From Octopus vulgaris (taxonomy: Eukaryota): a stretch of 64,000 nt of DNA. Numbering within the stretch: the first letter of the stretch is position 1; each line of letters begins with the position of its first letter. Below are positions 1-11,008 of the stretch, piece after piece. The position numbers were made by a program, and so were the translations under genes. The stretch lies in assembly GCA_951406725.2 (NCBI GenBank), contig OX597823.1:2914001-2978000 (forward strand), given 5' to 3'. A model generated the notes under the pieces. It searched no databases. It was not told the origin of the DNA and saw only the letters and a program-made list of their open reading frames with translations.

Positions 1-292
1 TCTTAACAGTTCTTCCGCCCTTTTACAGGTCTTGTTTTAAGCCTGCAGGGTGTCCAATCCACCCCATCCTCATCAAGTGGAATTGGTGGGGGGCGGTGTA
101 GTCGCCGACGACCCGACCACGCGACAAGTAGTACTGAGTTACATGGTACCAGTCGAGTAAACGACCTGACCTCATACATACATGCATACATACATACACA
201 CACGCACATACATACATACATACATACATACATACATACATACATACATACATACATACATACATACATACATACATACATACATACATACA

Positions 293-927
293 TACGAGGT
301 GGTGTCAAAAAGTTCCCGGACTAGTTCTGTAGCACGCCAACAGATGGCAGTACACGGTTGAGAGCGCAGTGAGGACTAGCAGTGACCTTCATGAGACATT
401 GGGCCAAGCTGTGTTTTACTTCGCAAGTTGTGAAATTTGTGGTTTTTGCGATCACGTGTAAACTGTAGTCTGCCATTTTTGTCACGGAGAGGAAGTTGGA
501 ACAAAGAGCCAACATGAAATTTTGCGTTAAACTTGGATGGTCTGCTACAGAGACATTGAGCATGCTTTGGCAAGTTTAATGAGTCATACACTACTTCGAG
601 TGGCAAGGGCGCTTCGAAAGCTGAAGAACGTCCCCGAAAGACGATGAGCGATCTGGAAGACCGACCACAAGTGCCACTCTTAGAAATGTGGTATTGTGTA
701 TTGAGAATTCGTTCCCCAGGGCCAGACCACCAATCGTGAGCTCTACTGCAACGTTTTGAAGCAGTTGAAGGAAGAAATTCGGTGAAAGTGACGGGTCTGT
801 GGAGCGCAAAAATTGGATTCTTCACAACGACGATGCACCCTGTCACCGAGGTCTCCTCGCTCGTTAGTTTCTCACCAAGATATTCCTTATTAGACATAAC
901 TACTCCTGGAACTTTTGATACCAACGC

Positions 928-932
<5 letters not shown>
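293..932 (+). mobile_element. Mariner DNA transposon relic, internally deleted
   Basis: TA+CGAGGTGGTGTCAAAAAGTTCCCGGA left TIR; imperfect inverted copy at ~904-930. Transposase pieces EQRANMKFCVKLG, DDERSGRP, EFVPQGQT, WILHNDDAPCH. Confidence 0.85.
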
Positions 933-979
<47 letters not shown>

Positions 980-980
980 T

Positions 981-1407
981 ATCTTTTCTCTCTTTACCCT
1001 TTTACTTGTTTCAGTCATTTGACTGAGGCTATGCTGGAGCACTGCCTTTAGTCGAACAATTCGACCCCAGGACTTATTCGTTGTAAGCCTAGTACTTCTT
1101 CTATCGGTCTCTTTTGCCGAACCGCTAAGTTACGGGGATGTAAATACACCAGCATCGGTTGTCAAGCGATGTTGGGTGGGGGACAAACACAGACACACAA
1201 ACACACACACACATATATATATATATACATATACATATATATGATGGGCTTCTTTCAGTTTCCGTCTACCAAATCCACTGACAAGGCTTTGGTCGGCCTG
1301 AGAATATAGTAGAAGACACTTGCCCAAGGTGCCACGCAGTGGGACTGAACCCGGAGCCATGTTGTTGGTAGGCAAGCTACCTACCACACAGCCACTCCTG
1401 CGCCTAT
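981..1407 (-). mobile_element. tRNA-derived SINE, family A (CORE-like; octopus-type)
   Basis: Head GGCGCAGGAGTGGCTGTGTGG, B-box-like GGTTCAGTCCC, CTTGGGCAAGTG core, internal TA/CA microsatellite. Homologous to 8170-8665, 42195-42350 and 59915-60040. Confidence 0.85.
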
Positions 1408-1446
1408 AAAAAATATGGAACGCTTCATGAATTTGTGTGTCATCCT
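1408..1446 (-). pseudogene. U6: U6 snRNA 3' fragment (retrocopy)
   Basis: Minus strand AGGATGACACACAAATTCATGAAGCGTTCCATATTTTTT matches the U6 3' end with 2 CpG-type substitutions. Confidence 0.9.
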
Positions 1447-1569
1447 ATATATACACACACGTATATGGTATGTGTTGAGAATTTATGGAAAGGTATCCCA
1501 TAGACACTCCCCAAATTCTTAAAGATGGGAAAGAGAAGATATTAGTATTTTTAAAAGAATTTTAATACA

Positions 1570-1676
1570 TGCATGCGATCGTTTCGTACAGCAATATTAA
1601 CATGTAAATAACATGGTAGAATAATTAGAAATTAATTAAATTAAATTAATTACATATTACTGTTCTCCTCAGTGCA
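1570..1676 (-). ncRNA. Type I hammerhead ribozyme-like motif with long stem II (degenerate cleavage site)
   Basis: TGCA-CTGAGGA-G-ACAGTAAT...ATTGCTGT-AC-GAAA-CGATCG-CA-TGCA. Confidence 0.55.
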
Positions 1677-1817
1677 AAATAGAATACATAAAAAAATTAT
1701 TATCATTGTTACAGACGACTTGATGGAGGAAGTAGCAAATAACATATTTGGATATTCTTATGAAAGATCAAGAGCACATGCCACCTACCTACCTGCCGAT
1801 TAGCAAATGTACCTATG

Positions 1818-2675
1818 TACGTGCTCTGATCAATAAGTATCGGACTGTTGCCATAGTAACGAAGCTAAAGCGCGCAGAGTAAATCCACTTGGCACAGACT
1901 GGCCTTGTACTCTGCTGTGCATGCGCACTAAGTTTAAACGTTTCCGGCTCACTTCCGCCGTTTACAGCAGTGTTTGGAAGGAAGGTGATCGCCGCATTGA
2001 CCATGACAGAGAAAGTTGAGCAGAGAATTGGTAATGGATTTTGCCAAAAGCTTGGCGATTCTTCCTCAGAGACCTACGCAAAGTTTTCATCGTTCTCAAC
2101 ATAATCAAGGTGACCTTTTGCAACTGAAACCCAAGTGCCTTTTTGGTCAGCGGAAACTGGCAGACACGTGTCTCATACCCAAATCTTCAGTGATAATGGA
2201 CTGAACGGAACCGTAACTAATCTGCACATCCTCTGATAACTCACAGATGGTGATTCGACGATTTACCCTCACAGTTGCATGCACATCTGCGATGTTTTTC
2301 TCAGCTCTGCTGGTTGAGAGTCTCCCGGAACGTTCGTCACTATCGACATTTTTCAGACATCTTGGAAACGTCTGAACCACCCGTACACTTGTGTGCAACT
2401 CATACACTCCTCTCCATACACTTTCTTCAACCTTGCGTAGGCCTCTATGTAGGTATCGACATGGCAACTTTTTCTGTCACATTAACAGCGACGATCACAC
2501 ACTACACACCTTCCTTCCAATCACTGCTGTAAACAGTGGAAGTGAGCGAGAACGTTAAAACTTAGTGCGCATGCACAACAGAGTTCAAGGTCAATTTTAC
2601 CGGGCGACTTCACTCTGCGTATTTTAGCTTCGTTACTATGGCAACAGTCCGGATACTTATTGATCAGACCTCATA
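1818..2675. mobile_element. Fold-back mariner derivative made of two inverted 5' ends
   Basis: TA-flanked TIRs (TCTGATCAATAAGTATC.GACTGTTGCCATAGTAACG). Transposase N-terminus MTEKVEQR on + and the equivalent region through DERSGR...TEDLGMR on -. Confidence 0.85.
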
Positions 2676-3574
2676 CGTATATTCTGTAAGTTTTGGGTTA
2701 TCTCTACCTTCTACGTCTATTTCCTATTTAGTACGGTGAACGTTTCATTTATGAGGACGTACTTCCGTATTTGTCTGACTGATGGGTCCTTCGGGTGCTT
2801 CGATAAAATTTGGATGTCAAGTCGGCCCAGTGTGCATCTATGTTGGTCTTTGGCATGTTGACAGAGTATGGAGGACTGTTTCTAGTCATCATATTGCCTC
2901 AAATGTACGTTTATTCTTTCCGCTATACTTCTAGATGTCTCTTCATTGTATACCGTGATTTTGTCTTTACAAGCACCTATGCATGTTATGCTGTAATGCT
3001 GTAGATCACATATCTAGTTCTGCAGTTAATTCCAGGGTTAATCTTACATGCCATATAATATATATATATATATATCATTGAAAGGCTGCAACGATAGGTT
3101 GTTTTAATGTAACACTGCTTCTATTGCGGTTGGCTTTTCGCGATATCAGTGAATGTTTATATAATCTAAGCACAAACAATACACGCATACAAACACAAAG
3201 ATATCTGAAACGAAACGAAACGAAACACACACGCGGCACCCACAATTTTACACACGACCCAAAAACTACATGCGTACAAAACAAAAAAAAAACAGTAAAA
3301 CAAGCTTGGGTCCATTGTGACAGATTTGAAGCACGTTAATATTGAGGCCATGAATGATGACAAAAGAATAATGACAAATTAATTGAACAGCTGGGAAATT
3401 GAACGATCACTCAAGCGATTGATTAGTTTATTAGTTAATAATAAAAGCTGAAATAGAACAGCACATGTTATATTTTACCTTTCATATTTTTTTCTTGTTT
3501 AAGCCATTTGGCTGCGCCCAAGCTGGTGCACTGCCTTGAAGAATTTTTAGTTGAACGAATTGCTTAAGCATAGT

Positions 3575-4070
3575 GAAAACCAATTAATATCTACTCAAAG
3601 ATCAGCACCAGGAATTCTAGTGGAAGATTCGCATCAAAACATCTGCCACGTGTAAACATAACAGGTGAGATATTGTTGTTTGGGACAGACAAGAACACGT
3701 GAGTGCCATCATAAAGGTGAATGTCTCCTTGACAATCAAAGAGAAAAAATGTAACTATGAACAGCTGCTTCGAAACCTCCAGCTTCTATATCCAGATTAT
3801 AAACTTACATTTACACAATAATAATTGGTGCACTCGGTTTTGTGAGTAATTGCCTCAGTGGCAATCTGGATAAGTTAGGGTTTCCATAAAACGAAATCAA
3901 CTGACTCGCATGTTACAAAAAACAATCTATAAGTGGAACAGTAAAAATATGCAAGACTTTTCTCAAGTTTAAACTATAACATTGACATTATTTTTGTTAT
4001 TTGCCAACGATGGAGCATTGTATCTTTGTTAGAAACCAACTCCTTCTTCAGAGGAAAAATTTTAACAATT
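3575..4070 (+). mobile_element. RLE-type non-LTR retrotransposon 3' relic
   Basis: Degraded KHN..DIVVWDR..C endonuclease region and GTVKICKTFLKF C-terminus. Homologous to 29215-29730. Confidence 0.7.
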
Positions 4071-4269
4071 TTTTTTAAAAAAGCAGAAGGAAACATACAT
4101 ACAAGCAAACATCGAAGGAGTCTGCTCCTATTCAAAGCTTGCCCGCTTCTTGTTAGATGTGCATTTTTCGTGCATGAATACGGAAACAGATTTTGAGTCC
4201 CGGCAGCTGTTTGAATTTTACATAACAAATAGCGCAGATATGTCTCACTTCAAGCGGTCCACTGTTATT

Positions 4270-5335
4270 TGTTTAGCGTGATTTATGGCCATTATTTAAA
4301 TGCCTTTTTAGACCAGTGTAGCTCTTACATGTCTTATCATGAATATGGTACATGACCGCGTCTGCTGGAATGACCACTTCGTCATTCGGCCCAGCTGTAC
4401 GACAATGAATCCTGAGATGTAAAGTGGAATTAGTCTTAGAAAGGCAAATTTTGTCTCACGTTGAACGGAAGGATGACACTATTTCCGTGCCTAGCAAGAC
4501 ATTATTTTGTTTTCTTTTTGCTTTCATTTGTTTCTTTTCTGCAACATGTTTTACCCAAGACCAGGTCTTTATACGCAATGTATTTCTATCAAGAACAATA
4601 GATTCAATATCTTTGTATGGTATATTCAACTCTCCAAGATTGGTCTTTAACAAGACTTTATACCGTTTCTTTGGTTTCCACTGTTATTGCATCCCGGCAG
4701 AGAGCTCACCATAAAAAAAAAACAGAACATATCTAGAGATGCGCTCATTCTACATTTACATCAAATCGTCAGTTCACCTCAGCTGCCTGGAAACCAGCAA
4801 AGTATGAATTGATGCGATTCTTTCCCTGTCTCTAAAACGTCTGTATCTGATGTAAACGATTTCCAGCTAATCCTAAGAATTTGATGAGCACACTTTTAAT
4901 GGAATCGTTCAAAGAGCAAGGTCTTTAAATCTCAGATTGGAAATCTCCTTTATGCTGATGATTGTGACTTAATATCTCACAATGAGATCGATTTACAAAA
5001 CCTGATCAAAGCATTTGTCGCTACTTGTAGCATCTTTCGATAAACAATTGATGCTAAGAAAACCGTTGTAATGCATTAACTCGCACCGATGCAAACCCCC
5101 AACTGCTTCTCAAATATATGTGAAAGTCAAAAGGTTGCCTCTGTGGTATGGTTATCTCAAAAGCAACTTTGCACACAGAAAATGCATCTCGCGTCCAGAA
5201 AGCAGCAAAATCTTTTGCTTCTCTCAGGAACTGTGTGCGGTTACAACACATTAAGGTCTACAAATAAATTTTGGTTTATTGTGCATTTGTACGATCTTCC
5301 CTTAATTCGGCGGTAAACATGGACTGCTTACAACT
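4270..5335. mobile_element. RTE-clade LINE relic with internal inversion
   Basis: C-terminus (GNQR..RYKVLLKTNL..LDRNTLR) on - at ~4270-4690. RT LLYADDCDL and TWTAY region on + at ~4690-5335. Confidence 0.6.
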
Positions 5336-6027
5336 AATGCACATACATACATACATACATACATACATACATACATAGGCTATCTCGCTACAAATTTACT
5401 CAAAAACCTATAAATACAAAGTTTTCCGAAGGAGGAGGAAAAAAACTGACTCAAATTCTCTAAACCTATTATTGACACGATGAAGATTTGTAAGACATTT
5501 TAAAGATTCCCCAGCTGAGATTGTTTAGGTGAATAGATGCACACACTTAGGTGTGTGCATCGACAGCTCAACCAACACACCATATTTACATATTTACAAA
5601 CACCGGGAACTCTCTTAACACAAAAGTATTGCCGCTTTGTTAGCAAACGGCTCGAACTCTCTTAAGAACCTTATGTATATATATATAAGTTGTATTTAAA
5701 ATTAAAGTTTAGGTAGGAGACTTTAAGGTGTAGTATCCAAACCTTGTTATGGGAATGTCCCTCGTAGTGTGCTTGTAGAGCAGGTTCACCGCTTGTGGCT
5801 ACCAGGCGTCATCCGGAGTAGTGCACTTTCGTTGCTGGTTGTACGTAAGGAATTTCTCAGTGCACGTTGAGTGTATTCTAAATGACTGATACGGAAGCCA
5901 GAGTGTACTAAAAGCTTTATTTAGGACAACGATTGTTGTGCAGAAGTAAACCGAAACGATCGTTATCCTAAATAAAGCCCCCCAGTACCCTGCCTTCCGT
6001 ATCAATCAATTACAATATATATATATA

Positions 6028-6180
6028 GGGAGAATTCACAAAAAACAAAAGACGAAGACGGGTGGTGTAGAAAACAAACAGATGTATTAGTTTAACACTC
6101 GAGAAGTGAAAAAGTAGTTAGCGTTTCGAGCCCACGCTCCTCCACAGAAAGGAACACAGAAAGAAACAGGGAGAGAAAAT
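6028..6180 (-). mobile_element. Penelope-like pLTR fragment in (TA)n with hammerhead-like motif
   Basis: Homologous to 23378-23560. Motif CTGTGGAG-GAGC-GTGG-GCTC-GAAACG. Confidence 0.55.
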
Positions 6181-6653
6181 ATATATAATGGAATAATTAC
6201 TGTGAAGCATTGTGTAGAATATATTGTATAAAAGATCGTGGCTAAGGTGAAAACAATGCGAAGTAAATGCAAGGTAAATCACAAGAAAATAAATATGTGA
6301 ATTAATATAGACTTACCTTATATTCAATATTTCGGAGTTATGACCCCATTTTCAAGAAATTAACGAATGTTGCCGATGTGCGTGTGTCTGAGCGTCTGTG
6401 GAGTGGACCGGTGCCTGTCCACTCCACACACACACACACATACACATATACATGTACAGAGTAAGTTAACCTGAACGGCAGAGAAAGGTGACGTATTCTT
6501 TTAAACAATAGTCAAAACAGTATCTCATACAGCGTGAGATACAACATAATAGAATTGAGGACTAAATACAAGAAGGGGGTCGAAAACAAATGTCCAACAA
6601 ATCACATCCAGCCTCCTAATACACATGTGACAAAGACCACGTGATCTTATGCG

Positions 6654-6684
<31 letters not shown>

Positions 6685-7121
6685 ACACAGAGAGGATGAT
6701 CACAGGTAGAATGCCTTTGATCATAAACAGGATGACCTACGGCCAAATAGTAGCGACATCACAACATGGCTGAGTGTCAAGTTTACACATAAATTTGCGA
6801 TTTCACCGAAACAGGATGAAAAGAATTTCTAAATCTGTAAAGAACTCGTTATGGTGGCCATGTTGTGTTAGCTTTAAACCCTTTTACTTTCATGTCCGAA
6901 AACGGTGACACCTAAGAATGTGCGTAAGCCCAAAACAAATATCTGAACCCCAAAACAAATGCCTGGTGGATTGTTGAAAAGAAGCGTGAACGGATTAGGG
7001 AAGGATAAAAGACAGAAAAGATAAGCCAGAAACTTATTGGATTAGAGGATTTAGCGAATTCAGTGCCTTCAAGATCTGTAACTTAGATCAACTGTTCTCC
7101 TCACCGGGGCTGATAAAAACA

Positions 7122-7751
7122 AACAGACCTACACACGTGACCCCACTCTACCACCCCTCCTACGATTTTGTTTCCTCATAACTTTCAGAAAAATTGGTGT
7201 TTTTTAATGAAATCTTCTACAAATACCCTGCAGATGGTGTAGATTACAATTAGATCGGAATTTAATGTGAAAAACTTTGGTGAGTGTACACACGTATATA
7301 CTGTATAGATACTGTATAGATGTATAACCCGAACTTAGCTACTTTACAATTTTTTCCAAAATTTCAAGTTTCATTTTGTTGTCTATTGTGAGTAATACGT
7401 GTCAGTGTGTATGTGTGTGTGTCCACCAATTTCTTTCTTTTCTCCTTTCTTTACAGATTAAATTCCGATATAATCGTAATCTACACCACCTGAAATTTAT
7501 TTGAAGAGAATTTCATTAAAAAATCCCTATTTTTCAGAAAGTTATGAGGAAACAAAGTCGACTCATAAAAATTATCAAAAACTTCTCTCTCCGACCGTTA
7601 CAAAACTTTTTCACAGCAAATTCCGATATAAACGGAATCTGTACCATCTGAAGAGTATTCATAGAAACTTTCATTAATAAAATATCGATTTTTTTCTGAA
7701 AGTTCTGAGAAAACAAATGTGGCGGGGAGGCACACTTGTGTAGGTATACTG
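7122..7751. mobile_element. MITE with TIRs and three ~130-bp subterminal repeats
   Basis: ACCTACACACGTG / CACTTGTGTAGGT ends. Unit at ~7160-7275 is inverted at ~7450-7560 and ~7605-7720. Confidence 0.65.
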
Positions 7752-8169
7752 ACTTGAATCTTGCTACAATTTATTGTATTCCTTGTGGCGTTATAGAAAA
7801 TTGTACACTTTGTAAAATAAAACTGATAAATGACCAGCTCTTGTAAATTATTGCTTGCTTGAAACCCCGCTAGGAATTGCTAACTTGACAGAAAAATAAG
7901 CAGCGTAGACTCATCTTTCATAACATCAGACCTTGCCAGCGTCAACGAAGAAGAAGAGACAGAATGAAAAATATCGCTCATTGATCGATGAATACCAAAT
8001 TATGATATCTTACGGATCTGTTGTAAGAAATTACATACAATAACTTATTGATATGCGTCTGATGTGTACAGAATTCGGAGAACCATACAATATGGCTCCA
8101 TAACATTGTCATATCATTGAAAGCTTCAAAATATTTAGCATTGTCAACAGTTTACTGGAATCGTTGACA

Positions 8170-8331
8170 TAGGCGCAGGAGTGGCTGTGTGGTAAGTAGC
8201 AGGAGTGGCTGTGTGGTTCCGGGTTCAGTTCCACTGCGTGGCACTTTGGGAAAGTGTCTTCTACTATAGTCTCGGGCCGACAAAATCCTTGTGAGTGGAT
8301 TTGGTAGACGGAAACTGAAAGAAGACCGTCG

Positions 8332-8363
<32 letters not shown>

Positions 8364-8665
8364 ATTTTTTTTTTTTTCTAGTTTCAGCTCAGAGCTGCGG
8401 CCATGCTGATGCACCGCCGTATGTATGTATGTGTATGTGTATATGTTTCTGTGTCTGTGTATATGTTTCTGTGTCTGTGTTTGTGTCCCCCCCCCCCAAC
8501 CAACATCGCTTGACACCCGATGCTGGTGTGTTTACGTCCCCGTAAATTAGCGGTTCGCCAAAAGAGACCGATAGAATAAGTACTAGGCTTACAAAGTATG
8601 AGTCGACTAAAGGCGGTGCTGCAGCATGGCCACAGTCAAATGACTGCAACAAGTAAATAAAAGAG
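8170..8665 (+). mobile_element. SINE family A, full length
   Basis: Same head, core and tail as 981-1407; short head duplication GCAGGAGTGGCTGTGTGGT. Confidence 0.85.
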
Positions 8666-8782
8666 GAAATAAACCAAAATAAATCATTCAAGGGGTGACA
8701 ACTAAGATATTTATCAACAGAAACATATTCCAACGCTTTTTTATTTTTACCCATTGTTCTTCATCATCATCATCATCATTAC

Positions 8783-9370
8783 TAAGGTAGCAAGCTGGCA
8801 AAATCATTAGCACGCTGGACGAAATGCTTAGCGGTATTTCGTCTGCCGTTGCGTTCTGAGTTCAAATTCCGTCGAGGTCGACTTTGCCTTTCATCCTTTC
8901 GGGGTCGATAAATTAAGTACCAGTTACGCACTGGTGTCGATATAATCGACTTAATCCGTTTGTCTGTCTTTGTTTGTCCTCTCTGTTTAGCCCCTTGTGG
9001 GTAGTAAAGAAATAAGTATTTCGTCTGCCTCTACGTTCTGAGTTCAAATTCCGCCGAGGTCGACCTTGCCTTTCATCCCTTCAGGGTCGATTAAATAAGT
9101 ACCAGTTACGCACTGGAGTCGATATAATCGACTTAATCCGTTTGTCTGTCCTTGTTTGTCCCCTCTGTGTTTAGCCCCTTGTGAGTAGTAAAGAAATAAG
9201 TATTTCGTTTGGCTTTACGTTCTGAGTTCAAATTCCGCCGAGGTCGACTTTGCCTTTCATATTTTCGGGGTTGATAAATTAAGTACCAGTTACACACTGG
9301 TGTCGATGTCGTCGACTTATCCCCCTTCCCCGGAATTTCAGACCTTGTGCCTATAGTAGAAATGATTATT
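8783..9370 (+). mobile_element. SINE family B, tandem trimer
   Basis: Core GTTCTGAGTTCAAATTCCGCCGAGGTCGACTTTGCCTTTCATCCTTTCGGGGTCGATAAATTAAGTACCAG repeated three times at ~180-bp period. Confidence 0.9.
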
Positions 9371-9403
9371 AATATTATTGTTGCTGATACTGCTGTTGTT
9401 GTT

Positions 9404-9448
<45 letters not shown>

Positions 9449-10264
9449 AAAACTCAAAGTTTATTTTGCTGGGTAAGATGGAAAGTGTCAGCTGTCCACA
9501 GCCAGCAGACTAGGGTGACACTTGTTTACTGATCATACTTTAAGAACCCCCGCGGAGAACTCTTGCAGTTCCAAGCAATGATGACTTTTCTAGATGTTCT
9601 ACTTTCACACTTGTATCAAAGCTGAAAAAGTGCGCCAGTTACTACTGGCACCATGTCTACTCTCCTCATTGACCACAACCTCCATATTTCCCACTTCAAA
9701 TCATCATAGTTGTTCAGTTTTTCTTCTTCTTTCTCTTTGATCCTGTTGTCATAGGGACATGCTATGTCGATTATCATGCATGTTCTCTCTTTTTCATTCA
9801 CCACATCAACATCCGGTTTCCGATCTCTGGTCAGGTGATCGCACTGGATCATTGCATCCCACAGGATTTTGCAATTTTCATTCTTGGTGACTCCTGGAGT
9901 TTTCTCCTACCATGTCTTTGCTCTTTGTAGGCCGCCATGATTTCCACAGAGCTCCCAATGGATCGTTCTTACCACATTCTCATGATGTCTTTCGTATTCG
10001 CATTGTGCCAATTTCGGGCATTCGCTAACGATATGCCATACTGTTTCAACCTTCACACCTCCCATTCTGAATTTGTCGCTGTCAGTAGTGTTGACTATTC
10101 TGCACTTCACATAGTTGGTCCTTAACGCTTGTTCTTGAGCAGCGCAAATAAGCGCTTCTTTCTTTATTTTCACGTCCCTCCTCCTCATCCATAGCTACCG
10201 GTTTTCTGTATCTGTTCTTATCTCTTGCAAACTGTCCGTACATTTTTTCCTTCCAAGCCGTTTC
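9449..10264 (-). mobile_element. R4/Dong-like RLE retrotransposon 3' part (family Y), tail in (AAC)n
   Basis: ALICAAQEQALRTNY, ETVWHIVSEC zinc knuckle, RKPD..IIDIACPYD PD-(D/E)xK nuclease. Confidence 0.85.
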
Positions 10265-10745
10265 CTTCTTCTTCTTCTTCTTCTTCTTCTTCTTCTTCTT
10301 CTTCTTCTTCTTCTTCTTCTTCTTCTTCTTCTTCTTCTTCTTCTTCATATTTGTTAGGTGGTATGATTTCTTGTTTGTATTTATCAGCTTCCTTAAATAC
10401 TGAGAACAGTTTTTTTGTTTTGCTCGTGTTTTGCCGCTATTTGTATCAGTTTTCCTTCCTTCTGAAGTAGATATTTTTGCAGTCCTATGGTAGTTATTTT
10501 ATAGTAGTTTTCCAGCCGTATAAGGCCTCTACCACCTTCTATACGTTATATATATATAACCTTTCTATGTCAGATTTTGGGTGATGCATCCTAGATCCTG
10601 TCATTATTTTTCTTGTTTTCCTATCCATTTTGGTCAGTTCATTTAGCGTCCAGTTAAGGATATTGTAGCTGTAACTTATAACTGGGACGGCTAAAGTGTT
10701 AATACCTATTATTTTGTTGCTAAAGTGTTAATACCTATTATCTTG

Positions 10746-10747
<2 letters not shown>
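10265..10747 (-). mobile_element. R4/Dong-like fragment (family X) ending in its internal (GAA)n
   Basis: Near-identical to 34685-35175 in reverse; 5' junction in (TTA)n. Confidence 0.9.
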
Positions 10748-10794
<47 letters not shown>

Positions 10795-10797
10795 ATT

Positions 10798-10898
<101 letters not shown>

Positions 10899-10899
10899 G

Positions 10900-10995
<96 letters not shown>

Positions 10996-11008
10996 ATTAT
11001 TATTATTT

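Noticed and set aside
1-172. GC-richer segment before (CATA)n, possibly a retroelement end
   Set aside because: Cut by the window edge; no diagnostic motif confidently recognised.
8833-9300. Regularly spaced repeats resembling a CRISPR array
   Set aside because: Whole ~180-bp units repeat, with no unique spacers or cas genes; eukaryotic SINE multimer.
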